A DNA stretch of 64,000 bases, taken from the NCBI GenBank assembly GCA_002269645.1, contig NIVC01003504.1, positions 30,611 to 94,610 of the forward strand, given 5' to 3'. Under the pieces are notes generated by a model. That model made no database searches. It saw nothing but the letters and a program-made list of their open reading frames with translations, and had not been told where the DNA came from. This document shows, piece by piece, positions 49,619 to 61,712 of the stretch. Numbering within the stretch: the stretch's first letter is position 1; the number at the start of each line of letters is the position of its first letter. Source of the DNA: Macrostomum lignano. Taxonomy: Eukaryota. The translations under genes were made by a program, and so were the position numbers.

Positions 49619-52600
49619 ATGGAGAAAGTCACCTATAGAGTAGTAGAGGAGTGCATTAGCCGCCTGAATGAGATCTATCATCAGCATCCACATGAGCCGG
49701 AGGTTGCTCTGTTCTGCCCAGATGCGGCCAGCCTGCGTCACCGATTGAAGTCCACGCTATTGAAGATTATCTTTCTGACGCCGGCTGATTTCGGCGCCAA
49801 AGGCGAAGACATTCTATGGCGCAAAGGCTTCTACGAGGTGTTGGCTTGCATTAAAAAGTACCGCCAGTCCAACAGGCTCTCGGGGCAGGTTGAGGCCCTG
49901 TACCGGGCGCATCTGATCAGCGGGCTGGGCTTCTACAATCAGTTGCTCTCCCGGGTGCTGCTGGAGTATCCGGTGGCAGCTGACGACGCTGCCGGCCTCG
50001 CCGAGGTGGCCGCTGTTGGTTGCGCCGATTTTGCACCGGCGCCGAAGCTTCTACTTAGCGCCGACCTGACTACCGATGCTGGCGCCAACGCTGCCGCCGC
50101 GGACTGGGCGCGCGGCGCCGTGCACAGGTGCCTGATGCACATCGGGGATCTGTACAGATATCTGCGCGAGTTTCAAGGCGAAGTGGCGCTGGCGCTTGTT
50201 CAGCGCTATTACGGCGCCGCTGCCAGATTTGAGCCCATGATTGGCCTGCCGTACAACCAGCTGGGCACATTGGATGTTGGCAACTACTACAACCTCACTG
50301 CCGTGTATTATTATCTTAGGTGCGCTGCTGTTTGTTAAAACTTAGCTGCTAGGGAGGACGAACACACAGCTGGAATCTGGATAATTCCACACTAATATGC
50401 ACACCGATAATCGCATTCGAAATCCTTTCTACTTATTTTGTTCCTGCAGATGCCTGGCCTGCGAGCAGCCGTTCGAAGGCTCCAGACGCAACCTGGCCAA
50501 AATTTTAAACAAAAATCAGCGCCGATTCGAATCCCTGCCACCGTTGGATTCCGCGGCGGCAGCTGCCGGTTCTGCCGAAGCCGGCCGACCGCACAAGCCC
50601 GTGAAGCAGTTCGCTGTGCGGTTTGTTTATCTGATTGGCCGCCTGCTGCAGCCTCACCAGCTGATGCAGCATCAGCGGCGTCAAAACTACCGTCAGCTTG
50701 ACGCCGAGCTGAACGCGCTGTGCCAGTCAGTCCTTGCCGGCCTCTCAGTCTGCCTGTCCGACTGCGACGATGGCGACGAAGCCGCATGCCTGGCCGTGCG
50801 CGCCTCCGAGGTCGACCCGATGCGGCCGCACCGCCTGGCCGACTCTGCTGTGCTGCAGGCCGCGCTGGCCGCCGTCCTCTGCCTGGACTCGCTGGCGGCC
50901 GCCAACTCCCGACATGCGCACGCCTGCACCGCCTTCTGCCTGGGCCTGTTTGCCTGCGTGCTGCGCTGCGCCCTGGCCAGGTGCCGGCACGCGCTGCAGA
51001 CCGTGGCGACTGCGGCACCCACGGCTGAGCTTGACGCTGGGGAGCCGACTGCTGATGACAGCGATGTCGATGAAGACGATGCAGCTGCAGAAGAGGTCGA
51101 AGGCGGCGGGGAGGACGAAGACGAAGACGATGCTGCCGGCGATTTTCACGGCTTCTCCGCTCCGAGGCTGCGTCGACGACGTCGAAGGAGGCGGCGACGG
51201 CGCGGCTCTGGCAGTGAAGGCGATGCTTTTTCGTCATCGGGCGAGTCCAGCGACTGTCAGTTGGCGTTCGGTTACGACGAGGATGACGAGGAGGTTGAAG
51301 GCGAGGATGGAGAAGTTGGAAGGGAAGGAGAGGACAGCAACGCCGAAGATGAGGCCGCAATGGCTGCGGCCGACCCACCGTCGACCAGCGTTGGCGGCGG
51401 CGGCGGCCTGCCGTCGTTTTGCTTCAGCTACGGCATTCCATCAGCGTTGATGTTTCACGACGAAGAGAACGACGATAAGTCGGAGGCTGCAGAGTTGGGT
51501 CAGGATGGCCCGCCTGCTGATGCAGAAAATTCCAACGCAAACGTCTCGACTGTTTGTGAGGCGGATGCGCAAAAGGACGATTCCACTGCGGCCGCTGCCG
51601 AGGCCGTTGAATTGGCAATTAGTCGGGTTCGCCTGCTGCAGACTGTCAAACTGCTGCTAGACTGGATGCTGTGCCAGCCTCATCTCCTCAGCCGAGCAGT
51701 GCAGGTGAGCTTTGAGCTTGGCTTTTCGCCAAAATGCAGACAAAGGGTGTTGCCAAAGGGTTTCCAAAAAATCGTCATACTACTTCTAGCATTGCATATC
51801 AGCAGTCAAAGTTACTCCGGCCTTTCACCCGAACTTCCACAGTCTTCCTGCCTGCCGCTGTGGGACAGTCTGTCAGCTTTGCTCAACCTGCTGCCCGCTC
51901 CGCCTGGCGAGGACAGCGGCGTCATCTGCCCGGAGCCGGAGCGCTCGGCAGCCCTGCCGGAGGACGCGCACGCCCGCGGCCTCCGCCTGTTCCAGCCGGT
52001 GCAACGCCACCTGGACTTCGCCGCCGCCGGCCAGGCTGCCCGTCTGGATGAGTCGCGCCTGCGCCTGGCCGCCATCCGCCGGTTCGGCTTCCTGGCTGTG
52101 CAGAATGACCAGCTGGCGTTCGAGTTCGACTCGACTGCTGGCCACTTTCTGGGGCCAACGGCTGTCGCACAGGCCAGCAGGGATGCCCAGATGCGGAATC
52201 TGGCCCAGCTGCGCCTCATCAATCAGGTGCAGCAGTTGGAGTCCGCCGTGTCTCAGGCGACGCCAGCAATCACCGTGAGCTCCTCAAGTGCCAATTATTA
52301 ATTAACTGCAAGTTTGTCAGTCGGCTCGCTTACATTACTAACAGTAGCTTACCCGTCCATTTTCGCTCCGCAGTCGTCGCACGCCATTCCGTCGCGTCGG
52401 TGCCTCACAGACGGCCTCGACCGGCTGAAAGCCTTGGTCAGCAGTCGGCGCTGCATCCTGGTGCTGCCGCGCAGCTCCATCGACTATCTGGACAGGCTGA
52501 AGCAGACCAGCCAGGCTGCCAGGCGCGCCAGCCGTTTCCTAGAAACCGAGCTCCAGTCGGGCCGCGGCCTTATCAACACGCACGATTATCCATCCTTGAC

Positions 52601-53177
52601 TGCCTGCGCCAAGCAGCTGGCCCCGGCCACCACCGTATTCCTGATTTGCCGCGGCGAGTCTCCGCCCCAGCTTGAGCTGCCGTTTCCAGTGCGAGAGCTG
52701 CACGAATTCGTGCGACAGGCTTGGCGCCGGGCCAAGCTGGTTGAGCACTCGAGACCTGTTGCTATGGGGAAGGGCGGCAGTTCAAATCATTACTTCGGGT
52801 GTGTCATAAGTAATGTCACTGATGTGAAAACAGACGAACTTGCAATCGCAGATGAACAAAACTGTACCACTCAACAACATAGAGTCCCCCAATATCAATC
52901 ACCCTCTGGCAGTGCTCATACAGCTTGTCTACCTCAGCCTACAGGTGTTTTTCCTCCAACTGCCGTATCCAGTGCAACGCGGCCTGTTTTACCTCTTCAT
53001 GGTTTGCGAAACCTTCTTGGAAAATTCAGCCTTCAGCCATTTGAACAGGAATCTCTTGCACAAGTTGAAGTCCGGGCTGTAGGGACTCTGTCAGAGCAGA
53101 TTCACTCGAAAATTCGAAACAGCCTTCAGGTGTGCAGCCGTGCGGTGTCCATCTGCCACAGAACCTCGTCCAGGTGA
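49619..53177 (+). CDS. SMG5: Nonsense-mediated decay factor SMG5 (EST1/TPR domain plus catalytically degenerate PIN)
   Basis: Exons 49619-50319, 50450-51704, 51843-52274 and 52374-53177 (3192 nt, in frame). EDILWRKGFYEV, YRAHLISGLGFY, HRCLMHIGDLYRY, GLPYNQLGTL, YYYLRC; acidic insertion; PIN-like LVLPRSSIDYLDRLKQ..ARRASRFLETE with the first acidic site absent (IPSR), as expected for SMG5 rather than SMG6. Confidence 0.9.
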
Positions 53178-53750
53178 CATGGATTTGACCGCAGATTGCG
53201 CCAGAGGTCTCCAGTGTGCCGGATAAAGTCGATAAAGTACTGGCCATCGACCTTGGTGTTCGGTGGAGTTGTGCAGATGGAGACTCGTTCATTTGGCGTG
53301 AAGGCTACCAGCAGCATGGTCTTCTTGTCCAAGATGGACTTCCTGGTCACAGTCGCCCTGGAGTCCCCAGCTCCCAGCCAGCAGCGATTGTCTGCCTTGC
53401 TGCCCTTGCCATCCAGGTGGAGCCAGCTTTCATCCTCAGCAACCAGGCAGTTTAGGATGTCATTCAAGCCCCGCCTGCTGAACACCTTGCGAATCTGCTT
53501 GATGCAGGCGTCTTGTCGAGATTCATGGTGATTTTTGTTCGCTGCATAGACGATTTTTCATCGCGTTGCACTTGCTAAATCTGCTTGGCGTATTCTTGCG
53601 ATAGCTTGGGCCATAAACAACCTATGCACGTCTCAAATGCGCTGCTATTGCTTCACTAAGTATACTTTGCAGCTACGCTACCCACAAGTCCATGTGCCTA
53701 CATATTTTAGACAGAGGCCTGCAGTGACATTACTTATGACACACCCGAAG
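52793..53750 (-). mobile_element. Internally deleted mariner-like transposon inserted in the last SMG5 exon
   Basis: Perfect 29-bp TIRs CTTCGGGTGTGTCATAAGTAATGTCACTG / CAGTGACATTACTTATGACACACCCGAAG; TA TSD; 958 bp; - strand transposase fragments AEDESW, WQMDTARLH and SPYSPDFNLC, with stops and frameshifts. Confidence 0.92.
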
Positions 53751-53859
53751 TATTTTCTTATTAAGGAGAAATGGTGCTTTTGATCTTGTGTTTGGGCTGT
53801 AATTGTAGTTATTAATTCTATAGTCCGTTATCCGAAATTAGCGTTTACGATCCACCCTT

Positions 53860-54215
53860 CCAAATCCTCAGATGTGATCCTCCACCCTCCCAGATCCTCA
53901 GGTGTGATCCTCCACCCTCTCAGATCCTCATGTGTGATCCGCCACTCTCCAAAATCCTCAGGTGTGATCCGCCACTCTCCCAGATCCTCAGGTGTGATCC
54001 GCCACTCTCCCAGATCCTCAGGTGTGATCCGCCACTCTCCCAGATCCTCAGGTGTGATCCGCCACTCTCCCAGATCCTCAGGTGTGATCCGCCACTCTCC
54101 CAAATCCTCAGGTGTGATCCGCCACTCTCCCAAATCCTCAGGTGTGATTCGCCACCCTCCCAGATCCTCAGGTGTGATCCGCCACTCTCCCAGATCCTCA
54201 GGTGTTAACTGCCAC
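53860..54215. repeat. 30-bp minisatellite (GATCCTCAGGTGTGATCCGCCACTCTCCCA)
   Basis: Direct tandem copies. Confidence 0.95.
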
Positions 54216-54569
54216 CCTCTCAAATACTTCAAAACCAGTTTCTAGCTTAAGAGCAGCAGTTTCGCACCTAAATTATCCATAATAATATTTTACTCCAGAT
54301 ACGCCAGTCTTTAAATAATTAGTCTATCGTGCTGGATAGTCTATCGGACTACCAATTCTAACAATAATACTTTATGGTTGTCACTGACTAGTTATATACA
54401 CTGTTTTCTGCTTTTTAGCAGTAGTAATTTTGGTTGCCTTGCCGCGCGCATATCTGTGTGCTTTTAGTGTACTTTTAATAAACAGTGATTAAGAAATCGC
54501 TTTGCGTGTCACGTGACTTTTGATTTTGCCGCGGTGCAGTTCTGGTTATTTTTATTTTATTTGTCTACA

Positions 54570-57500
54570 GGTGTCTGCCATTGAAGTATATCACTCGGGG
54601 TCTTTTATTAAAGTTTTTGTCACTTCAGTGTCTACCGTTGAAGGGTCCGTCTCTCGAGTGTCTGTCACTCTGGTGTCTTCGATTGAAGTTTCTGTCACTC
54701 GGGTGTCTGCTATTTAGGTTTCTGTCACTCAGGTGTCTGTCATTCCGGTGTCTACCATTGAGGTGTCTGTCACTCCGGTGTCTACCGTTGAAGTGTCTGT
54801 CTCTCGGGTGTCTGCTATTGAAGTGTCTCTCGAGTGTCTGCTATTGAAGTGTCTCTCGAGTGTCTGCTATTGAAGTGTATGTCTCTCGGGTGTCTGCTAT
54901 TGAAGTGTCTCTCGAGTGTCTGCTATTGAAGTGTCTGTCTCTCGGGTGTCTGCTATTGAAGTGTCTCTCGAGTGTCTGCTATTGAAGTGTATGTCTCTCG
55001 AGTGTCTGCTATTGAAGTGTCTGTCTCTCGAGTGTCTGCTATTGAAGTGTATGTCTCTCGAGTGTCTGCTATTGAAGTGTCTGTCTCTCGAGTGTCTGCT
55101 ATTGAAGTGTATGTCTCTCGAGTGTCTGCTATTGAAGTGTATGTCTCTCGAGTGTCTGCTATTGAAGTGTATGTCTCTCGAGTGTCTGCTATTGAAGTGT
55201 ATGTCTCTCGAGTGTCTGCTATTGAAGTGTATGTCTCTCGAGTGTCTGCTATTGAAGTGTCTGTCTCTCGAGTGTCTGCTATTGAAGTGTATGTCTCTCG
55301 AGTGTCTGCTATTGAAGTGTCTGTCTCTCGAGTGTCTGCTATTGAAGTGTATGTCTCTCGAGTGTCTGCTATTGAAGTGTCTGTCTCTCGAGTGTCTGCT
55401 ATTGAAGTGTATGTCTCTCGAGTGTCTGCTATTGAAGTGTATGTCTCTCGAGTGTCTGCTATTGAAGTGTATGTCTCTCGAGTGTCTGCTATTGAAGTGT
55501 ATGTCTCTCGAGTGTCTGCTATTGAAGTGTATGTCTCTCGAGTGTCTGCTATTGAAGTGTATGTCTCTCGAGTGTCTGCTATTGAAGTGTCTGTCTCTCG
55601 AGTGTCTGCTATTGAAGTGTATGTCTCTCGAGTGTCTCCTATTGAAGTGTATGTCTCTCGAGTGTCTGCTATTGAAGTGTATGTCTCTCGAGTGTCTGCT
55701 ATTGAAGTGTCATTCGGTGTCCTCTATTGAAGTGTCTGTCTCTCGAGTGTCTGCTATTGAAGTGTATGTCTCTCGAGTGTCTGCTATTGAAGTGTATGTC
55801 TCTCGAGTGTCTGCTATTGAAGTGTCTGTCTCTCGAGTGTCTGCTATTGAAGTGTCTGTCTCTCGAGTGTCTGCTATTGAAGTGTATGTCTCTCGAGTGT
55901 CTCCTATTGAAGTGTATGTCTCTCGAGTGTCTGCTATTGAAGTGTATGTCTCTCGAGTGTCTGCTATTGAAGTGTCATTCGGTGTCCTCTATTGAAGTGT
56001 CTGTCTCTCGAGTGTCTGCTATTGAAGTGTATGTCTCTCGAGTGTCTGCTATTGAAGTGTATGTCTCTCGAGTGTCTGCTATTGAAGTGTCATTCGGGTG
56101 TCCTCTATTGAAGTGTCTGTCTCTCGAGTGTCTGCTATTGAAGTGTATGTCTCTCGAGTGTCTGCTATTGAAGTGTATGTCTCTCGGGTGTCTGCTATTG
56201 AAGTGTCTCTCGAGTGTCTGCTATTGAAGTGTCTGTCTCTCGGGTGTCTGCTATTGAAGTGTCTCTCGAGTGTCTGCTATTGAAGTGTATGTCTCTCGGG
56301 TGTCTGCTATTGAAGTGTCTCTCGAGTGTCTGCTATTGAAGTGTCTGTCTCTCGGGTGTCTGCTATTGAAGTGTCTCTCGAGTGTCTGCTATTGAAGTGT
56401 ATGTCTCTCGAGTGTCTGCTATTGAAGTGTCTGTCTCTCGAGTGTCTGCTATTGAAGTGTATGTCTCTCGAGTGTCTGCTATTGAAGTGTCTGTCTCTCG
56501 AGTGTCTGCTATTGAAGTGTATGTCTCTCGAGTGTCTGCTATTGAAGTGTATGTCTCTCGAGTGTCTGCTATTGAAGTGTATGTCTCTCGAGTGTCTGCT
56601 ATTGAAGTGTATGTCTCTCGAGTGTCTGCTATTGAAGTGTATGTCTCTCGAGTGTCTGCTATTGAAGTGTCTGTCTCTCGAGTGTCTGCTATTGAAGTGT
56701 ATGTCTCTCGAGTGTCTGCTATTGAAGTGTCTGTCTCTCGAGTGTCTGCTATTGAAGTGTATGTCTCTCGAGTGTCTGCTATTGAAGTGTCTGTCTCTCG
56801 AGTGTCTGCTATTGAAGTGTATGTCTCTCGAGTGTCTGCTATTGAAGTGTATGTCTCTCGAGTGTCTGCTATTGAAGTGTATGTCTCTCGAGTGTCTGCT
56901 ATTGAAGTGTATGTCTCTCGAGTGTCTGCTATTGAAGTGTATGTCTCTCGAGTGTCTGCTATTGAAGTGTATGTCTCTCGAGTGTCTGCTATTGAAGTGT
57001 CTGTCTCTCGAGTGTCTGCTATTGAAGTGTATGTCTCTCGAGTGTCTCCTATTGAAGTGTATGTCTCTCGAGTGTCTGCTATTGAAGTGTATGTCTCTCG
57101 AGTGTCTGCTATTGAAGTGTCATTCGGGTGTCCTCTATTGAAGTGTCTGTCTCTCGAGTGTCTGCTATTGAAGTGTATGTCTCTCGAGTGTCTGCTATTG
57201 AAGTGTATGTCTCTCGAGTGTCTGCTATTGAAGTGTCTGTCTCTCGAGTGTCTGCTATTGAAGTGTCTGTCTCTCGAGTGTCTGCTATTGAAGTGTATGT
57301 CTCTCGAGTGTCTCCTATTGAAGTGTATGTCTCTCGAGTGTCTGCTATTGAAGTGTATGTCTCTCGAGTGTCTGCTATTGAAGTGTCATTCGGTGTCCTC
57401 TATTGAAGTGTCTGTCTCTCGAGTGTCTGCTATTGAAGTGTATGTCTCTCGAGTGTCTGCTATTGAAGTGTATGTCTCTCGAGTGTCTGCTATTGAAGTG

Positions 57501-60500
57501 TCATTCGGGTGTCCTCTATTGAAGTGTCTGTCTCTCGAGTGTCTGCTATTGAAGTGTATGTCTCTCGAGTGTCTGCTATTGAAGTGTATGTCTCTCGGGT
57601 GTCTGCTATTGAAGTGTCTCTCGAGTGTCTGCTATTGAAGTGTCTGTCTCTCGGTGTCTGCTATTGAAGTGTCTCTCGAGTGTCTGCTATTGAAGTGTAT
57701 GTCTCTCGAGTGTCTGCTATTGAAGTGTCTGTCTCTCGAGTGTCTGCTATTGAAGTGTATGTCTCTCGAGTGTCTGCTATTGAAGTGTATGTCTCTCGAG
57801 TGTCTGCTATTGAAGTGTATGTCTCTCGAGTGTCTGCTATTGAAGTGTATGTCTCTCGAGTGTCTGCTATTGAAGTGTATGTCTCTCGAGTGTCTGCTAT
57901 TGAAGTGTATGTCTCTCGAGTGTCTGCTATTGAAGTGTATGTCTCTCGAGTGTCTGCTATTGAAGTGTCTGTCTCTCGAGTGTCTGCTATTGAAGTGTAT
58001 GTCTCTCGAGTGTCTGCTATTGAAGTGTCTGTCTCTCGAGTGTCTGCTATTGAAGTGTATGTCTCTCGAGTGTCTGCTATTGAAGTGTATGTCTCTCGAG
58101 TGTCTGCTATTGAAGTGTATGTCTCTCGAGTGTCTGCTATTGAAGTGTATGTCTCTCGAGTGTCTGCTATTGAAGTGTATGTCTCTCGAGTGTCTGCTAT
58201 TGAAGTGTATGTCTCTCGAGTGTCTGCTATTGAAGTGTATGTCTCTCGAGTGTCTGCTATTGAAGTGTATGTCTCTCGAGTGTCTGCTATTGAAGTGTCT
58301 GTCTCTCGAGTGTCTGCTATTGAAGTGTCTGTCTCTCGAGTGTCTGCTATTGAAGTGTATGTCTCTCGAGTGTCTCTATTGAAGTGTATGTCTCTCGAGT
58401 GTCTGCTATTGAAGTGTATGTCTCTCGAGTGTCTGCTATTGAAGTGTCATTCGGTGTCCTCTATTGAAGTGTCTGTCTCTCGAGTGTCTGCTATTGAAGT
58501 GTATGTCTCTCGAGTGTCTGCTATTGAAGTGTATGTCTCTCGAGTGTCTGCTATTGAAGTGTCTGTCTCTCGAGTGTCTGCTATTGAAGTGTCTGTCTCT
58601 CGAGTGTCTGCTATTGAAGTGTATGTCTCTCGAGTGTCTCCTATTGAAGTGTATGTCTCTCGAGTGTCTGCTATTGAAGTGTATGTCTCTCGAGTGTCTG
58701 CTATTGAAGTGTCATTCGGTGTCCTCTATTGAAGTGTCTGTCTCTCGAGTGTCTGCTATTGAAGTGTATGTCTCTCGAGTGTCTGCTATTGAAGTGTATG
58801 TCTCTCGAGTGTCTGCTATTGAAGTGTCATTCGGTGTCCTCTATTGAAGTGTCTGTCTCTCGAGTGTCTGCTATTGAAGTGTATGTCTCTCGAGTGTCTG
58901 CTATTGAAGTGTATGTCTCTCGAGTGTCTGCTATTGAAGTGTATGTCTCTCGAGTGTCTGCTATTGAAGTGTATGTCTCTCGAGTGTCTGCTATTGAAGT
59001 GTCTGTCTCTCGAGTGTCTGCTATTGAAGTGTATGTCTCTCGAGTGTCTGCTATTGAAGTGTATGTCTCTCGAGTGTCTGCTATTGAAGTGTATGTCTCT
59101 CGAGTGTCTGCTATTGAAGTGTATGTCTCTCGAGTGTCTGCTATTGAAGTGTATGTCTCTCGAGTGTCTGCTATTGAAGTGTCTGTCTCTCGAGTGTCTG
59201 CTATTGAAGTGTCTGTCTCTCGAGTGTCTGCTATTGAAGTGTATGTCTCTCGAGTGTCTGCTATTGAAGTGTCTGTCTCTCGAGTGTCTGCTATTGAAGT
59301 GTATGTCTCTCGAGTGTCTGCTATTGAAGTGTATGTCTCTCGAGTGTCTGCTATTGAAGTGTATGTCTCTCGAGTGTCTGCTATTGAAGTGTATGTCTCT
59401 CGAGTGTCTGCTATTGAAGTGTATGTCTCTCGAGTGTCTGCTATTGAAGTGTCTGTCTCTCGAGTGTCTGCTATTGAAGTGTATGTCTCTCGAGTGTCTG
59501 CTATTGAAGTGTATGTCTCTCGAGTGTCTGCTATTGAAGTGTATGTCTCTCGAGTGTCTGCTATTGAAGTGTATGTCTCTCGAGTGTCTGCTATTGAAGT
59601 GTATGTCTCTCGAGTGTCTGCTATTGAAGTGTATGTCTCTCGAGTGTCTGCTATTGAAGTGTCTGTCTCTCGAGTGTCTGCTATTGAAGTGTATGTCTCT
59701 CGAGTGTCTGCTATTGAAGTGTCTGTCTCTCGAGTGTCTGCTATTGAAGTGTATGTCTCTCGAGTGTCTGCTATTGAAGTGTATGTCTCTCGAGTGTCTG
59801 CTATTGAAGTGTATGTCTCTCGAGTGTCTGCTATTGAAGTGTATGTCTCTCGAGTGTCTGCTATTGAAGTGTATGTCTCTCGAGTGTCTGCTATTGAAGT
59901 GTATGTCTCTCGAGTGTCTGCTATTGAAGTGTATGTCTCTCGAGTGTCTGCTATTGAAGTGTCTGTCTCTCGAGTGTCTGCTATTGAAGTGTCTGTCTCT
60001 CGAGTGTCTGCTATTGAAGTGTCTGTCTCTCGAGTGTCTGCTATTGAAGTGTCTGTCTCTCGAGTGTCTGCTATTGAAGTGTATGTCTCTCGAGTGTCTG
60101 CTATTGAAGTGTATGTCTCTTGGGTGTCTACCATTGAAGTTCTGTCTCTCGAGTGTCTGCTATTGAAGTGTCTGTCTCTCGAGTGTCTGCTATTGAAGTG
60201 TCTGTCTCTCGAGTGTCTGCTATTGAAGTGTATGTCTCTCGAGTGTCTGCTATTGAAGTGTATGTCTCTCGAGTGTCTGCTATTGAAGTGTATGTCTCTC
60301 GAGTGTCTGCTATTGAAGTGTCTGTCTCTCGAGTGTCTGCTATTGAAGTGTATGTCTCTTGGGTGTCTACCATTGAAGTTCTGTCACTCGGTGTCTGCTA
60401 TTTAGGTTTCTGTCACTCGGGTGTCTTCGTTGAAGTGTCTGTCTCTTGGGTGTCTACCATTGAAGTTTCTGTCACTCGGGTGTCTGCTATTTAGGTTTCT

Positions 60501-60530
60501 GTCACTCGGGTGTCTTCGTTGAAGTGTCTG
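54570..60530. repeat. ~6-kb array of a 30-bp unit (TCTCTCGAGTGTCTGCTATTGAAGTGT[A/C]TG) with higher-order structure
   Basis: Roughly 200 tandem copies; homogeneous centre, diverged edges. Confidence 0.97.
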
Positions 60531-60596
60531 TCGCCGAACCGCTCACATCCCCCGCCGCTGCCCACCACTCCTGCGCAAGCAGCCGCCACCGCAAGA

Positions 60597-60920
60597 ATGC
60601 ATCTGTCAGCCATCCGATCCGCCGCCAGCAAGTTTCTGCCGCTGTTCGACCGCGTCCTCGTTCAGCGATTCGAGCCGCAGCTCAAAACCAAAGGCGGCGT
60701 CCTGCTGCCCGAGAAGTCCAAAGGCAAAGTGCTGGAGGCCACCGTCATTGCCACCGGGCCCGGCCGGCTGTGCGAGACCTCGGGCCAGCCGCTGCCAGTC
60801 AGCGTGAAGGTCGGCGACAAGGTGCTGCTGCCGGAGTTCGGCGGCACCAAGGTGACGCTGGAGGACACGGACTACTTCCTGTTCCGCGATGCCGACATCC
60901 TGGGCAAATTCAGCGCCTGA
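60597..60920 (+). CDS. HSPE1: Mitochondrial 10-kDa co-chaperonin HSP10/GroES, intronless CDS
   Basis: KFLPLFDRVLV..TKGGVLLPEKSKGKVLEATVIATGPG..VSVKVGDKVLLPEFGGTKV..DYFLFRDADILGKF. Confidence 0.96.
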   Translation: MHLSAIRSAASKFLPLFDRVLVQRFEPQLKTKGGVLLPEKSKGKVLEATVIATGPGRLCETSGQPLPVSVKVGDKVLLPEFGGTKVTLEDTDYFLFRDADILGKFSA

Positions 60921-61712
60921 ACCTGCGGCCCAGGGCTGTCATGGCTGACCTGATTCTACCACCTCTATGCAGTACTGTCAGTAGTAGTTAGTCTCAATAA
61001 CAACTAGCAGCTTATAATAGCGGACTGGCTAATGCAACCCTTAATCTGCAGTGAATGATAGTCTCAAATTAGCTTATATAGTGCGATGTATAACTGCGTC
61101 CATCTTGTTGTTTAATCACTGAATTAGCAGTCTGTTTGCTATTTTTTCTACTAAATTCCCCAACAATACAGCATCATGGACTGTGGCGATCCGACACACC
61201 CGGTATTTTTGCATCTGAAGCGGGGCCGGAAGATCTGAAAGTTTCTTTTGCATTTTTCGATAGAAATCCATGGCTTGCGGTCTTGGCTTTTGTTTATTTT
61301 TTGGGATCTTGAATGGATGTGGCACAGGTTGCTGTAATTCGGGAGTTTAACGGAGGTAAAATACTCTGACCATATAATGTGCCCAGCTTTATATTGCATT
61401 TGTTCAGATTGAATGCAAATCCAATGGACTGTTGTCAGGTTGCTGCTGCGTTTCATGAGACGCTGCTCACTTCTCCCTCTCCACCTCTTCAGTGCTGGAC
61501 TCGCTGCCAGTCCAGAGAAGTTTTTAAGAGCCCTTGGCATCACCTTAGAGACAGATAGAAATGCGTAGGACATTTAAAGAAACAAGAGTTCAGTAGCAGT
61601 CTAATTTGACTGATCTAACTAAACTCATTCATGCCAAGATCTGAAGCTGACTGCTTGCTTTTGAAAGAAACCGCTTCTTTGTCGCATTGAGCTGAGCTGC
61701 GCCAAAATCCAG

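Noticed and set aside
54844-60405. Long ORFs (VSRVSAIEVY, LECLLLKCMS, TSIADTRETY repeats) as repetitive proteins
   Set aside because: They are open in several frames on both strands only because the 30-bp unit lacks stops. There is no unique coding context. The same applies to the other repeat-derived ORFs across the window.
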